Below, one piece after another: positions 1-12,900 of a stretch of DNA of 64,000 nt. Source of the DNA: Malacoraja senta (taxonomy: Eukaryota). Every line of letters starts with the position of its first letter. Position 1 is the stretch's first letter. The stretch covers positions 1-64,000 of the forward strand of contig JAXLNO010000046.1 in assembly GCA_038087875.1 (NCBI GenBank), written 5' to 3'. Under the pieces are notes generated by a model. That model was not told where the DNA came from. It worked only from the letters and a program-made list of their open reading frames with translations, and searched no databases. A program made the position numbers and the translations under genes.

Positions 1-146
1 AGGGAGGGAGAAAAAAAAGGAAGGAGAGTGGGAGGGAAAGAGGGAGGGGGAGGAAGAGAGAGGGAGAAAAAGAGTGGGAGAGGGAGGAAGAGAGGGAAAG
101 AGAGAGAGGGAGGGAAGGAGGGAGAGAGCGAGGGAGGGAGAGGGAG
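1..146. repeat. GA-rich low-complexity tract
   Basis: Almost pure A/G. Confidence 0.9.
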
Positions 147-633
147 GCTTCCAAAATGGCTTCTACATCATCATCATCTGGTGCTAAAAGCAGGAAGCAG
201 CAATATACAAAGAGATGGCAATGAATGCGCTGTCAAGTAAAGTGCATAGAAGACATGTCAATTGGTAGCAAAGTTATGCATTCTTGTACTCTTACATGGG
301 TATGACCGCACATAAAAAATTACACTTTCAGCAAAATGGCACAGTGTAAAAATACTGATTTCCTCAGCAAAATATTGATTTTCAGGTACTAGAATACTGA
401 AATGCTCTGACAAAACTTGGCAGCTCTGTACAAAGGGCATGTGGTTTGGTTTCCTTGCACAAGGAAGATTCTGTTTGTCTTGTCGGCAGTATGATTCATT
501 ATCATCTCCCTGGATCTTCCCACAGTTTTTCCTACATCCAGATTGGAGAGTATCATTTGGCGCATTGCATCTGTGTTAGTTCTTTAGAAATCTCCTATAA
601 ACCTATGTGTGCACCCTTATTGTTTAATTTTAG

Positions 634-925
634 CAGTGACAGCGATGCTGGAGATAAAATCAGCGACTGGAAAAAACGAGATGAAGAACGAAAGAAAGAG
701 ATAGAAGAAAGGAGAAAGAAACAACAGGAGGAAGAGCTGAGGAAATTAAGAGAGAAGGAAAGGGAGGAGGAAGAAGAAGACAAGAGGAAACGGAAAGAAG
801 AAAAAGAAAGAGATGATCAGGATAAATTAATTGATGAAGTAGATAAAGAACCAGCAAAGAAGGTCAAGAAAGTTCGAACTAAGTCAAAATATTCTTCTGA
901 TTCAGACTCTGCAGTGGAAAAGGAG
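634..925 (+). CDS. HDGFL2: HDGFL2 coding exon (charged coiled-coil region)
   Basis: Acceptor tttTAG/CAG at 631-636, donor GAG|gtgatt at 926; encodes [18 protein letters not shown]...[10 protein letters not shown]. Confidence 0.9.
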
Positions 926-3900
926 GTGATTAAAAAATATTTATTTACGTTTGGTTTGGAGATTTTAATTGTGTTTAGATCTTAACTCATCTTAGTCAGT
1001 TTCAGTGGTCATTAGTTGTTATGATGAGTGCATGCCACTGTTACAACCTGGATCATTCTTGTGAGTACTAGCAGATTATTTAATTCCGGGTAATCGTAAT
1101 AAAACAAATTTGTGAGTAATACAAACAGTATTTATTAAAATTTAGTGATCTTGTATATCTTTACTTTGATTATAAATTTTTCATGTTATTTCTAGACTTG
1201 AATATTATTACTGGTAACAATACATAAACCAAACTGATGATTTTTTAAAAAAGGCACAAGGATGCAGCAACTAAGGGCAGCACGATGGCACTGCGGTAGA
1301 GTTGCTGCCTTAAGGCCCAGTATCCCGGCTTCATTCCTGACTACGGGTGCAGTTTGTACAGAGTTTGTACATTCTCCCTGTGACGGAGTGGATTTTCTCT
1401 GGATACTTTTGTTTCCTCCCATACTCCAAAGATGTACAGGTTTGTAAGTGAATTGACTTTGATAAAATTGTAAATTGTCCCCAGTGTGCAGATAGTGCTA
1501 GTAGGATAGTATGGGGTGATCGCTGTTTGGCACGGACTTGGTGGGCCGAAGGGCATGTTTCTGAGCTGTAAAGTAAAACTAATATAATATTTTAAATTAT
1601 TTGTTATTACCAGGATGTGATTTGCAAGGTCAGCGTTTATTGCCCTTCCATATTGCTCTTAATGTGGTGGTGAGAAGCTCCCTTCTGGTGAAGGTACTCT
1701 GACAGCGATGTTGGAGAGGAAGTTCCTGGATATAGACATGGCAATACAGAACCAGAGATTCTTGGTGGGGATCCTAGAGGTTGTTGTGTTCCACCTGATA
1801 CAACGTATTGTTTATTGTCCTTGTCCTTCATGGTGGTAGAGATTGTGTGTTTGGGAGCGACTGTAGGAGTAGCTTAGAGTAACTGCAACACCCTTTATAG
1901 ATGGTACTCACTGCTGACTCTCTGAGCTGGTGGTGTAGGGAATGGTTGTTTGGGGTAGTTGGTGTGTTGTGGATTGCACAGTACCACACTTCAGACTGGC
2001 TTTGTAGACGATGGAAAAATGAAAAGGCCTTGATTTAGTGGGAGGGGGGGGGGGTCTAGTGCAGGATTAGACATCTCCATACAATTGTATTTGCAATGTT
2101 ATGTGGCTAGTCTTGTTCACTTTTAGTTGATAGTGACCAATAAAATGTTAATGTTGAGACTTGGCCATAACAATACCATTGAACATGAAAGTAGATAGTA
2201 AGATTCTCACATTGGAGGTGGTAAGACTCTCACATGACCGGGCATTTATGTGCTACAAATATTACTTGCCACATTAGTTCATAGTTAAATGTTGTCAAAG
2301 GTCTTGCTGAATGTAGATCTGGATAGCTTCATTTGCTTAGCAATTGTGCAATTATCTGTTAACTTCTTTGTGATGGGGAAAAAAAACTTTTTGATGAAGC
2401 AACTAAAGATGGTGGAGTCCAGGAAACTGCCTTGAGAAAAGTTTCAAAGAGGTTCTAGTATTAGGGCGATTAACCTCCATCAACCATTACACTCTTTCTT
2501 TGTGCAAGGTATGACTCCAGACATTCAAGAGTGTTCCCTTTGATGTTCAATGACTTTCGGTTTACAGGGCACCTTGATGCCACTTGGTCAAATGCTGCCT
2601 TGATATCAAGGGCTGTCACTCTTGCTTCATATTTGCATTTGGCTATTTGGTCTATATTTGGACCAAGGCTTGAAAAGGTCTATGGAAGACTGATCCCGTA
2701 AAAACCCTAAATGGCATCAGTGAGATGATTTTGAATGAGTAAATGTAGCTGGAAAGCACTGTTGATGATAGTTTCAAAAGATTTGTTGATTATTAAAAGT
2801 AGATTGATTTGTGTGGTAATGAGCTTGATTAGATTTGTCCTGCTTTATAAGCAAGTTTGCAATATAATTTCATACTTAGGCAATTTTCCACATTGTTGGA
2901 TGGATGCAAATGTTGTATTGGAACAGATTGGCTAGCAGGTATTACAACTGAGATGTTGTCTGGTATAGGAGCAAAGAGGTCCTTCTGCAGTTGTACAGAG
3001 CCCTAGTGAGACCACACCTGGAGTATTGTGTGCAGTTGTGGTCCCCTAATTTGAGGAAGGACATTCTTGCTATTGAGGGAGTGCAGCGTAGGTTTACAAG
3101 GTTAATTCCCAGGATGGCGGGACTCAAATGCTGAGAGAATGGAGCGGCTGGGCTTGTACACTCTGGAGTTTAGGAGAGGGGATCTCATTGAAACATATAA
3201 GATTGTTAAGGGCTTGGACATGCTAGAGGCAGGAAACATGTTCCCGATGTTGGGGGAGTCCAGAACCAGGGGCCACAGTTTAAGAATAAGGAGTAAGCCA
3301 TTTAGAACGGAGACGAGGAAACACTTTTTCTCACAGAGAGTGGTGAGTCTGTGGTATTCTCTGCCTCAGATGGCAGTGGAGGCAGGTTCTCTGGATGCTT
3401 TCAAGAGAGAGCTAGATAGGGCTCTTAAAAATAGCGGAGTCAGGGGATATGGGGAGAAGGCAGGAACAGGGTACTGATTGGGGATGATCAGCCATGATCA
3501 CATTGAATGGCGGTGCTGTCTCAAAGGGCCAAATGGCCTACTCCTGCACCTATTGTCTATTGTAGCATTTGTAATGTTCAGTGCTCTGTGTTCTGACAGC
3601 TGATGAGACAATTACAAGATTTAGAAGATAATTTCAAAATTAATAAATGAGAATCATAATCGATTCTAGTATATTTAAGAATTGTATGTGTTGACGACAT
3701 TTAAATTATTCAAAACTAGGGTGTCATAGATCTAAGGTGGACAAAAATGCTGGAGAAACTCAGCAGGTGAGGCAGCACCTATGGAGCGAAGGAAATAGGC
3801 GACGTTTCGGGTCAAAGCCCTTCTTCAGGGTTTCGACCCGAAACGTTGCCTATTTCCTTCGCTCCATAGATGTTGCCTCACCCGCTGAGTTTCTCCAGCA

Positions 3901-6900
3901 TTTTTGTCTACCTTCGATTTTCCAGCATCTGCAGTTCCTTCTTAAATATTTTGTCAAAGATCTAAGACGGTCATCAATAAATCCCGAAAGCACTGGAACG
4001 AAACCATGCTGAAGGCAATTATAACACGTAACTTTGTACTGTATGAACGGTATACTCCATTGCATTTCTGTTTTATTTCTAATATCCAGTGTTTGCATTG
4101 TTTTAGTTTGATTACATTTCAATTGTATGTGGCATTGTGTAGACTATCAATATGTAAATGTTGAGAAGGCACAAGGAATCTATCCCCACACACTTTGGTT
4201 GAGTCGGCATGATTTGGAGAGGAGGTTTTACAATTTTTCTATCAGACTGTATGTGGAGTCTGACTTTGATGTGGCATCAGTTCAGATTCTGATTTTGGAT
4301 TTACAATGGAGACTATTCTATACCAATGCTAAAATCTGAATGCAAATATACACTGCAATATTTTACAAAAGTAACTTGTGCTGACTGCAGAATATGCCGA
4401 AGAAAGCAGATTGATGCATTTATGGGTTGAATTTTTATTTGCATTCAACCATCTTGGTCCACGGAGCATTTCTTTATACAGGTTCTCAGCAGGTTATGAA
4501 GACCTCATTTCTGAGAACTGCTCTTAACCCAAACAGTTTGCAAGTCAAAAAGCAATTACCCGCAATATTAATAAAAAAACAAGCACGTGCTGTCAGGGTA
4601 GGCAAGGTAGGCACTGCCTACCCTGACTAAAATTATAAAATGGTAATTATTAAATATAAATAGTAAAGGCATGGGAGAATTATGCCTACCTAAGAGGCGT
4701 TCTCTAAGAGAAAGTGTGTGCAACTCACATGCCGTCGACGCTGCTTCAAGGCTTCACAATAAGGGGAGCTGAAGCCAGCTGAAATTCTGCCTTTGCACCG
4801 TGGACTGCGTACTGGGCATGCGCAGCGCAAGTTTCTTGGCGAGTTTTTCAAACATGGATTGTCATTATCTTAAGAGTATCTTAGGAAACAAAGAGAGAAA
4901 AAGGGAGTTTGTGTACAAATAATATGGTAAGTAAATTTCTTTGAGCTATATGTTTTTAAATACCGTATTTCCCGGCTATTTTTTTACCCAAAAATAAGGC
5001 ACGAAAATTTACCTGCGTCTTGGAGGCCGAAGGTTAGGTTGCTAGACAAGAAAGAAAGACTTGGCTATGTACAAGAACGATGTTGCTATACTGAGGGATA
5101 GCCAAGTCTATCCCTCATTGCTGGCAGCTGATGGGAAGCGGCTGTAAAAGGACAGCGCCGCTGGGGGGGACAGTTCCTTTCACAGCGTGTGGGGAGTCTG
5201 GCCCAGGGTAAAGTTGCGGGGAGGGCAGGAGCGTTGATAAGGAGGGGGTCGGGGATCATGCCAGCAACTCACTTGCCACAATGCTCCGGGCGCGGAGCCA
5301 CCGCATTGTGGCCGGGGAGGGAAGTAGCTCGGGTGACAGCGCGATCAAGGGACCAATTGAGGTTACTCGGCTGTCGGAATTTAAGGATTGGCGGGAAGTG
5401 GCTGACATGAGCGAGGCCGACGAGCGGCAGGTGAGAGATGTTCAGATGGAGAGCACTGCCAGTGGTGAGCGGGCCAGCAGAAGGCGCTGAGGTGGCAGCC
5501 AGTTCCCCTGTCCGGTCCCGGCAGCCTTCTTTCAAAATTTAGCAACTCAAAATGGGGGTGCGTCTTCATTGCCGGGAAATATGGTACTTTATTAAGGGAT
5601 ATGGCTTTTGAAGACTTTATAAAAGTCGACTGACAGCTTACGGAGAGGAGAACAATCTGCGCAAGCGCGGTTTAAGATTTTTTAAAAACCGACTGACTGC
5701 CTATCCTGAGTAATTACTCACGGCACGTGCCTGATAAAAACATACACCAAACATGGGCAACATGTAATTAGATCAGGGCATTTAAGTCAACCATTCAAAT
5801 GTTGTTAACTGAGTTCTCACATCACAGAAGATGCCTGCAGCCCCATACCAGTTGGCAGAACTATTCCGCCAGTCTCCCAAATGGTTGTACTAGCTTCGTA
5901 AGTTGGGGAGGTTCATTACTGTTTACATAAAGTGTTGTTTAATAAGTGAATGGGAGCACATCGCTTTATTATTTATAGGTGAAAAAAAAGCCAAAGAAAC
6001 CACTTCCTGAACCCACAAACAAATCGAAAAAAGAGCGAGAACAAAAAGAAAGAAAACGTAAGCTGGAGGATCGACACAAAGATAGGTGAGTTGTGTTTCT
6101 TACTACAACAATTCAGCTTTCAGCACCCAATTCTTTATTCTGTGTTGCCTTCAAAGAAAACCAACATTTGTTCAAGGTGCAATTATCCAGTAAAATCGAA
6201 GGGCCGAATGGCCTACTCCTGCACCCATTTTCTATGTTTTAATGTTTCTAATCCAGTGTTTTTTTTCTTGAGATTCTAGCATCTATAGTTCCTTGTGTCT
6301 CCTTTTGAAGTTCAGTTTGGTTTTGACTATGATACTGCCAATGGAAGGAGGGTTTGCTTGTGCATAAGAATAACTCTATCTCGCAAAATTCTGGAGGGCT
6401 GTCAGTGCCATTGAACCAATGCCAATAAGCAGCCTAGGGTAAATAAATGAATCCCAGGATTCTGAAGGATCACAAGAGAATTTTGCCTAGGGACATAATT
6501 ACAATTTAATATTCACTCAATATCTGTAGTTATTTGGCCATTATCACAGTTTTGCTTGCTGTGTGCAGATTGGTTGCCTAAATTCTTACATTATTATAAC
6601 TTGTACATTTCACATTTTTTAAATAATTCTTTTCTGTGCAGGACAGCCAAGGCAGAAAAGGAAAAGAAGAAAGAAGAAAAGCTACAAGTTAAAAAAATAG
6701 AAAAGAAAAAAGGTATATCCCATAGGGGTTTTAAATTGTTGCTCAAGGTTATCAATTAAGACTTGGTGACATCCGAGTTTAATTTAATGGCAACATAGCC
6801 ACTCCCAGGGAATTTTGTGAATATAAGATTGTGGAGTTACAACAGATCCTTTTCTAGGCTGACAGCAGTAAAATCTTAATTGATTTTAGTTTCTGTACAC

Positions 6901-9900
6901 ACATCAACAATAGATTAAGCAAGTGGTGAAAACTGAGTGGAACATTCAGCTGATTTGCCATCTCCATGCTGCTCCACCTTACAGTTTATTAAGGCTTACT
7001 ATAGCAGAGCCAACAAATTTCTGATGACATTTTCTATGTTTCACAGAAATGACAGCGGAACAGAAACTTCAGAAAATACACACTGACATTAAACATGCTC
7101 TGAAGGTTGACAATCCTGTGAGTATCAGTAGCGACCTGTATTGGACGGCCAGTGTTTCTGTCGGAGAGAAGTTGGCTAATGTAGAATGTAAGAAAAATGA
7201 AGTAAAATTCTTAAAAATGTGAGTCTCTTAAAAAGGGGCTTAAAGTTACCAATCTGCACTTCAAAATGAAGTCAATTTGTGCAAAACAATTCTTTCTTCC
7301 ATTATTTTTGTTGATGTTGGGCATATTTACAATGCACGAGATACAAGGAACCATGTTGCCCAAGGTTACCTGTAATATGTAATTATTTCATCAGATGAAT
7401 TTTGGATAATCAGTATTAAAATATTAGTTTGATAACTATAGTCAAGTCAAGTCAAGTTTATTTGTCACATACACATACGAGATGTGTAGTGAAATGAAAA
7501 GTGGCAATGCTCGCGGACTTTGTGCAAAAAAACAACAACAAAAAACCAAACTACAACAGAATGGAAGAATAGAATCACATATTTTACATATTAAATAGTG
7601 TGGGCGGAAGGAAAAAGGGGGAAAAAACAGGGGAAAAACAAAAAACAGCAATTTTTTAAAAGACAGTAGAGTGTTACAGTAAAGTTAGTCCCTGGTGAGA
7701 TAGGAGTTTACAGTCCTAATGGCCTCTGGGAAGAAACTCCTTCTCAACCTCTCTGTTCTCACAGCATGGCAACGGAGGCGTTTGCCTGACCGTAGCAGCT
7801 GGAACTGTCCGTTGCAGGGGTGGAAGGGGTCTCCCATGATCTTATTGGCTCTGGAGTTGGACCTCCTGATGTATAGTTCCTGCAGGGGGGCGAGTGTAGT
7901 TTCCATTGTGCGTTCGGCCGAACGCACTACTCTCTGCAGAGCCTTCTTGTCCTGGGCAGAGCAATTCCCAAACCAAATTGTAATATTTCTGGACAAGATG
8001 CTTTCCACAGCCGCTGAGTAAAAGCACTGGAGGATCTTCGGAGACACTCTGAATTTCCTCAATTGCCTGAGGTGGTAAAGGCGCTGCCTTGCCTTACTCA
8101 CGAGTGCTGCAGCGTGTGATGTCCATGTCATATCCTCAGAGATGTGGACTCCCAGGTATTTAAAACAGCTCACCCTATCCACAGTATCCCCATTTATCCT
8201 CAATGGTGTGTACGTCCTCGGATGATGTGCCCTCCTAAAGACCACGATCAGCTCCTTCGTTTTTTTGATGTTCAAGAGGAGGCTGTTGTCCTGACACCAG
8301 AGTGCCAGATCAGCCACCTCCTCCCGGTAGGCCTTCTCATCGTTGTCTGAGATCAGGCCCACCACCACAGTGTCATCAGCAAACTTGATGATCGAGTTGG
8401 AGCTGAACCTGGTCACACAGTCATGTGTGTACAGGGAGTACAGTAGGGGGCTGAGGACGCAACCCTGGGGGGATCCTGTGCTCAGGGTGAGGGACTTCGA
8501 TGTATTCCCTCCCATCTTGACTACTTGGGGCCTGGCGGTGAGAAAGTCCAGGGTCCAGGCACACAGGGGGGTGTTGAGCCCTAATTCCAGTAGCTTCTCG
8601 GCCAGTCTGGTGGGGCTATCGTGTTGAAGGCTGAACTGAAGTCTATGAACAGCATCCTCACATAGCCCCCCTTCTGGCTGTCAAGATGAGAGAGAGCGGT
8701 GTGCAAAACCTGGGAGACCGCATCGTCCGTGGATCTGTTCGGACGGTATGCGAATTGTAACTGGTCCATGTTGCGAGGGAGGAAGGCGCAGATGTGTTTC
8801 TTCACCAGCCTCTCAAAGCATTTCATGACTACCGAGGTGAGGGCCACCGGACGGTAGTCATTCAGACAGGCTGGGGAGGCATTTTTAAGTACTGGTACAA
8901 TGATGGATTTTTTGAAACAGGCAGGGACCACGGACTTGTCCAGGGAGAGGTTGAATATTGTAGTGAACACCGGAGCTAGCTGCGTAGCACAGGACTTAAG
9001 TACTCGCCTCGAGATGCCATCGGGGCCTGCAGCTTTCCTCGTGTTCACCCGTGTCAGAGCCCTCCTCACATCGTGCTCGGACAACGAGAATGTGTGCACA
9101 TTCCTCCCTTCAGCTTCGATAGCCAGCACGCTGACGGTATTGTCGATAGTCGGCAGACCTGGGGTGGTGTTGCCCGTCTCGAAACGAGCGTAAAAGGAGT
9201 TCAGGTCATCAGCTAGGGAGGTGCCGGCACTTGCGGATGAGGGAGTGTGCTCCGGTAGTTGGTTACAGTCCGTAGCCCCTGCCACAGGCGTCTGGTGTCC
9301 TGCTGCTCCATCTGTGACTCCATCTTGTCCCTGTACCTCCTTTTTGTGTCCTTCACCGCCCTTCGCAGTTGGTAGGACTCTACCTTGTAGACGTCCATGT
9401 TTCCGGATGCCAGGCCCGAGTTGTAGGCAGCGGTGCGAGCATTCAAGGCAACACGAACGGACCTGTCTACCCAGGGTTTTTGATTCGGAAAGGTGCTAAC
9501 CCTTACCGTGGGGACGATGTCGGTTATTGTTGCGATGAAGTCCGTGACTGCTTCCGCGAACTCACTGACGTTTCTGGAACTTGCTTGGAACATATTCCAG
9601 TCAACATCTCTCAGTGCATCTTGCAGCATGGCCTCTGACTGGTCGGACCATCGCTTTACGTCCCTTGTCACTGCCGCTTCCCGAGCTATCCTCTGTACTC
9701 CGGCAGCAGGAAAATGGCAGCGTGGTCAGATTTTCCTAGGGGAGGGAGTGAAACGGCCTTGTAGCCCTTCCGGAACGGCGTGTAGCAGTGGTCCAATGTT
9801 CTTTCCCCCCTGGTGGCACACGTGATGTGTTGGTAGAGGTTCGGCATGACCTTCTTGAGATTTGATTTATTAAAATCTCCAGCCACCACCATAGCCGCAT

Positions 9901-12900
9901 CTGGGTACTTTTGATGTCGACATAGCACATCGCGTAGGGCCGATAGTGCCACGTCGGTGTCGGCATGTGTTGGAATGTAGACGGCTGTGACGATCACTGA
10001 GCCGAACTCTACAGGTGACCCCTGCAGAGCGTTCCTAGACAGAATCAATATTCGATTTTCTGTAATGTTAAACTGCATCATGCGCATGTGTTAACAAATA
10101 CGAGTTGAAAGAAATTTGTACATTTGTTTTACATACACACTCGATGAGAATGAAATTTATTCCGTATCTCAAATCCATCAAGAGTGATTTGTGAATTTTT
10201 TTAAGTTTCCATTAACCGAATGGTGTAACATGAGATAGACACAGAATGTTGGGGTAACTCAGTGGGACATCTGTGGAGAGAAGGAATGGATGACATTTCG
10301 GGTCGAGATCCTTTAACATGAGGGATGCCTGTACAGTATAGCCTGACTGAGGGGAAATTATTGATGTCAATTGATTTCTCTGAGTTTATGCACATTCATA
10401 TGTAGTTAATTCTCATTAGCCACATTTCTATGAAGGGATTCCAACAAATAATGTTGAATTTGGATTGATGGAGGTCAAGTTCACAACCTATAGTGTTTGT
10501 GAACATTAATTAGAAATGTAATCGTTAATTGGGTGTGGCACAGCAGTAGGGTTGCTGCCTCACAGTGCCAGAGACCTGATCCTGACTACGGGTGCTGTCT
10601 GTACACAGTTTGTACGTTCTCCCTGTGTTCCAGGTGCTCCGGTTTCCTCCCACATTCCAAAGATGTGCAGGTTTGTAGGTTAATTGGCTTCTGTAAATTG
10701 TCCCTATTATGTAGGATAGAATTAGTGTATGGGTGATGGTAATCGGCATGGGCTCGGTGACCCTAAGGACCTGTTTCCACACTGTATCTCCAAGCTAAAC
10801 TAAACTAAACGCTTATATATAAAATATTACTTCATGGAGCATCTACTTAGAATAATATTTCTCATTTTCCACACCATATTAAAACAATCACATTCTTCAA
10901 CATGTCATCAGTAAATATGTATTATAGCAAGAGTAGAAGTAGTGAGGATATAAACAAGAGGAGGATTAGCAGATGGCAAGAGTCAAGTCATTTTGCTTCC
11001 AGAAAAATATAACAACCTCATAAAACGTGACATTCTGGTACAAATAAATGATCTCTAGTGTCAGTAAACTAATTATGTCATGAAGAAACAAAATAAGCTT
11101 GGAAGGAGCTTTGCTGCATACGTGAAACATGATATAAAATGTCTAGTTCATGGAATGCCACCAGGTGGCACTAGTAATCTGTTTTTACATAGTCACGCCC
11201 TGCCTGAGAAGCAGCGTGTGTTAATATTGGCCTGGGGTTGTTCTGTACAGTGTGTGACAGGAACCAAATGAGAAACAAGTACAAACTTTGAAGCTGGCAG
11301 TGTTGACCAGCTTGTGACAGCTAACACATGTACCAAAACTGAACAAAAAGTAATGTATGGGGTCTACTGTAATGGAACTCAAAGCAAAGCAAACTATACA
11401 CATTCATCAGAGTTTTTAAATTTCAATTCTTGATGTGTTGTAGGATGTAAAGAAATGTGTGGAGGCACTTGAAGAATTACGAACATTGCAAGTCACAACA
11501 CAACTCTTGCAGAAACATAGTGATCTGGTTGCAACACTAAAAAAAGTATGTTTATTGTGCTACTTTAATTATTCTTTATAACATTGTGATTTTAATTGGA
11601 TAGAGCCGAGAGAGAGTGTGTGTGTGTCTCTCTCTCTCTCTTAATTTCAGGCCCTTCTTATTTGGCATTTCCTAATGTTACTTTGAATCCCTTCATCTAA
11701 ATCAGAGTTGGAAATTACCAACACTAATAACGTTTATTAAAATTTATCATGGGACAAGTTTCTATTGGCTCTGATAGTGATATTTTTTAATATTTACCTG
11801 TAATTTATTGTTGTTACAGGTTGTAATTTAAAGACTGCATGGATGAACTACAACAATTGTTCATCCCAGTTTGGCAAAAGAATAAATCAGGGAAGGTAGT
11901 GCATCCGTGGATAACAAGGGAAATCAGGGATAGTATCAAAACAAAAGATGAAGCGTACAAATTAGCCAGAAAAAGCAGCCTACCAGAGGACTGGGAGAAA
12001 TTCAGAGTCCAGCAGAGGAGGACAAAGGGCTTAATTAGGAAAGGGAAAATAGATTATGAAAGTAAACTGGCAGGGAACATAAAAACTGACTCCAAAAGAT
12101 TTTATAGATATGTGAAGAGGAAAAGATTAGTTAAAACAAATTTAGGTCCCTTGCAGTCAGAAACAGGCGAATTGATCATGGGGAACAAGGACATGGCAGA
12201 CCAATTGAATAACTACTTTGGTTCTGTCTTCACTAAGGAAGACATAAATAATCTGCCGGAAATAGCAGGGGACCGGGGGTCAAATGAGATGGAGCAACTG
12301 AGTGAAATCCAGGTTAGCCGGGAAGTGGTGTTAGGTAAATTGAATGGATTAAAGGCCGATAAATCCCCAGGGCCAGATAGGCTGCATCCCAGAGTACTTA
12401 AGGAAGTAGCCCCAGAAATAGTGGATGCATCAGTGATAATTTTTCAAAACTCTTTAGATTCTGGAGTAGTTCCTGAGGATTGGAGGGTAGCTAATGTAAC
12501 CCCACTTTTTAAAAAGGGAGGGAGAGAGAAAACGGGGAATTACGGACCAGTTAGTCTAACATCGGTAGTGGGGAAACTGCTAGAGTCAGTTATTAAAGAT
12601 GGGATAGCAGCACATTTAGAAAGTGGTGAAATCATTGGACAAAGTCAGCATGGATTTACGAAAGGTAAATCATGTCTGACGAATCTTATAGAATTTTTCG
12701 AGGCTGTAACTAAGGGAGAACCAGTGGATGTGTTATATCTGGACTTTCAGAAGGCTTTCGATAAGGTCCCACATAAGAGATTAGTATACAAACTTAAAGC
12801 ACACGGTATTGGGGGTTCAGTATTGATGTGGATAGAGCACTGGCTGGCAGACAGGAAGCAAAGAGTAGGAGTAAACGGGTCCTTTTCAGAATGGCAGGCA

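Noticed and set aside
28-240. 70-aa G/E/R/K-rich ORF
   Set aside because: Translation of a GA low-complexity tract in an intron.
1275-1350. tRNA gene-like heads of the SINEs
   Set aside because: No cloverleaf; they belong to multicopy SINEs.
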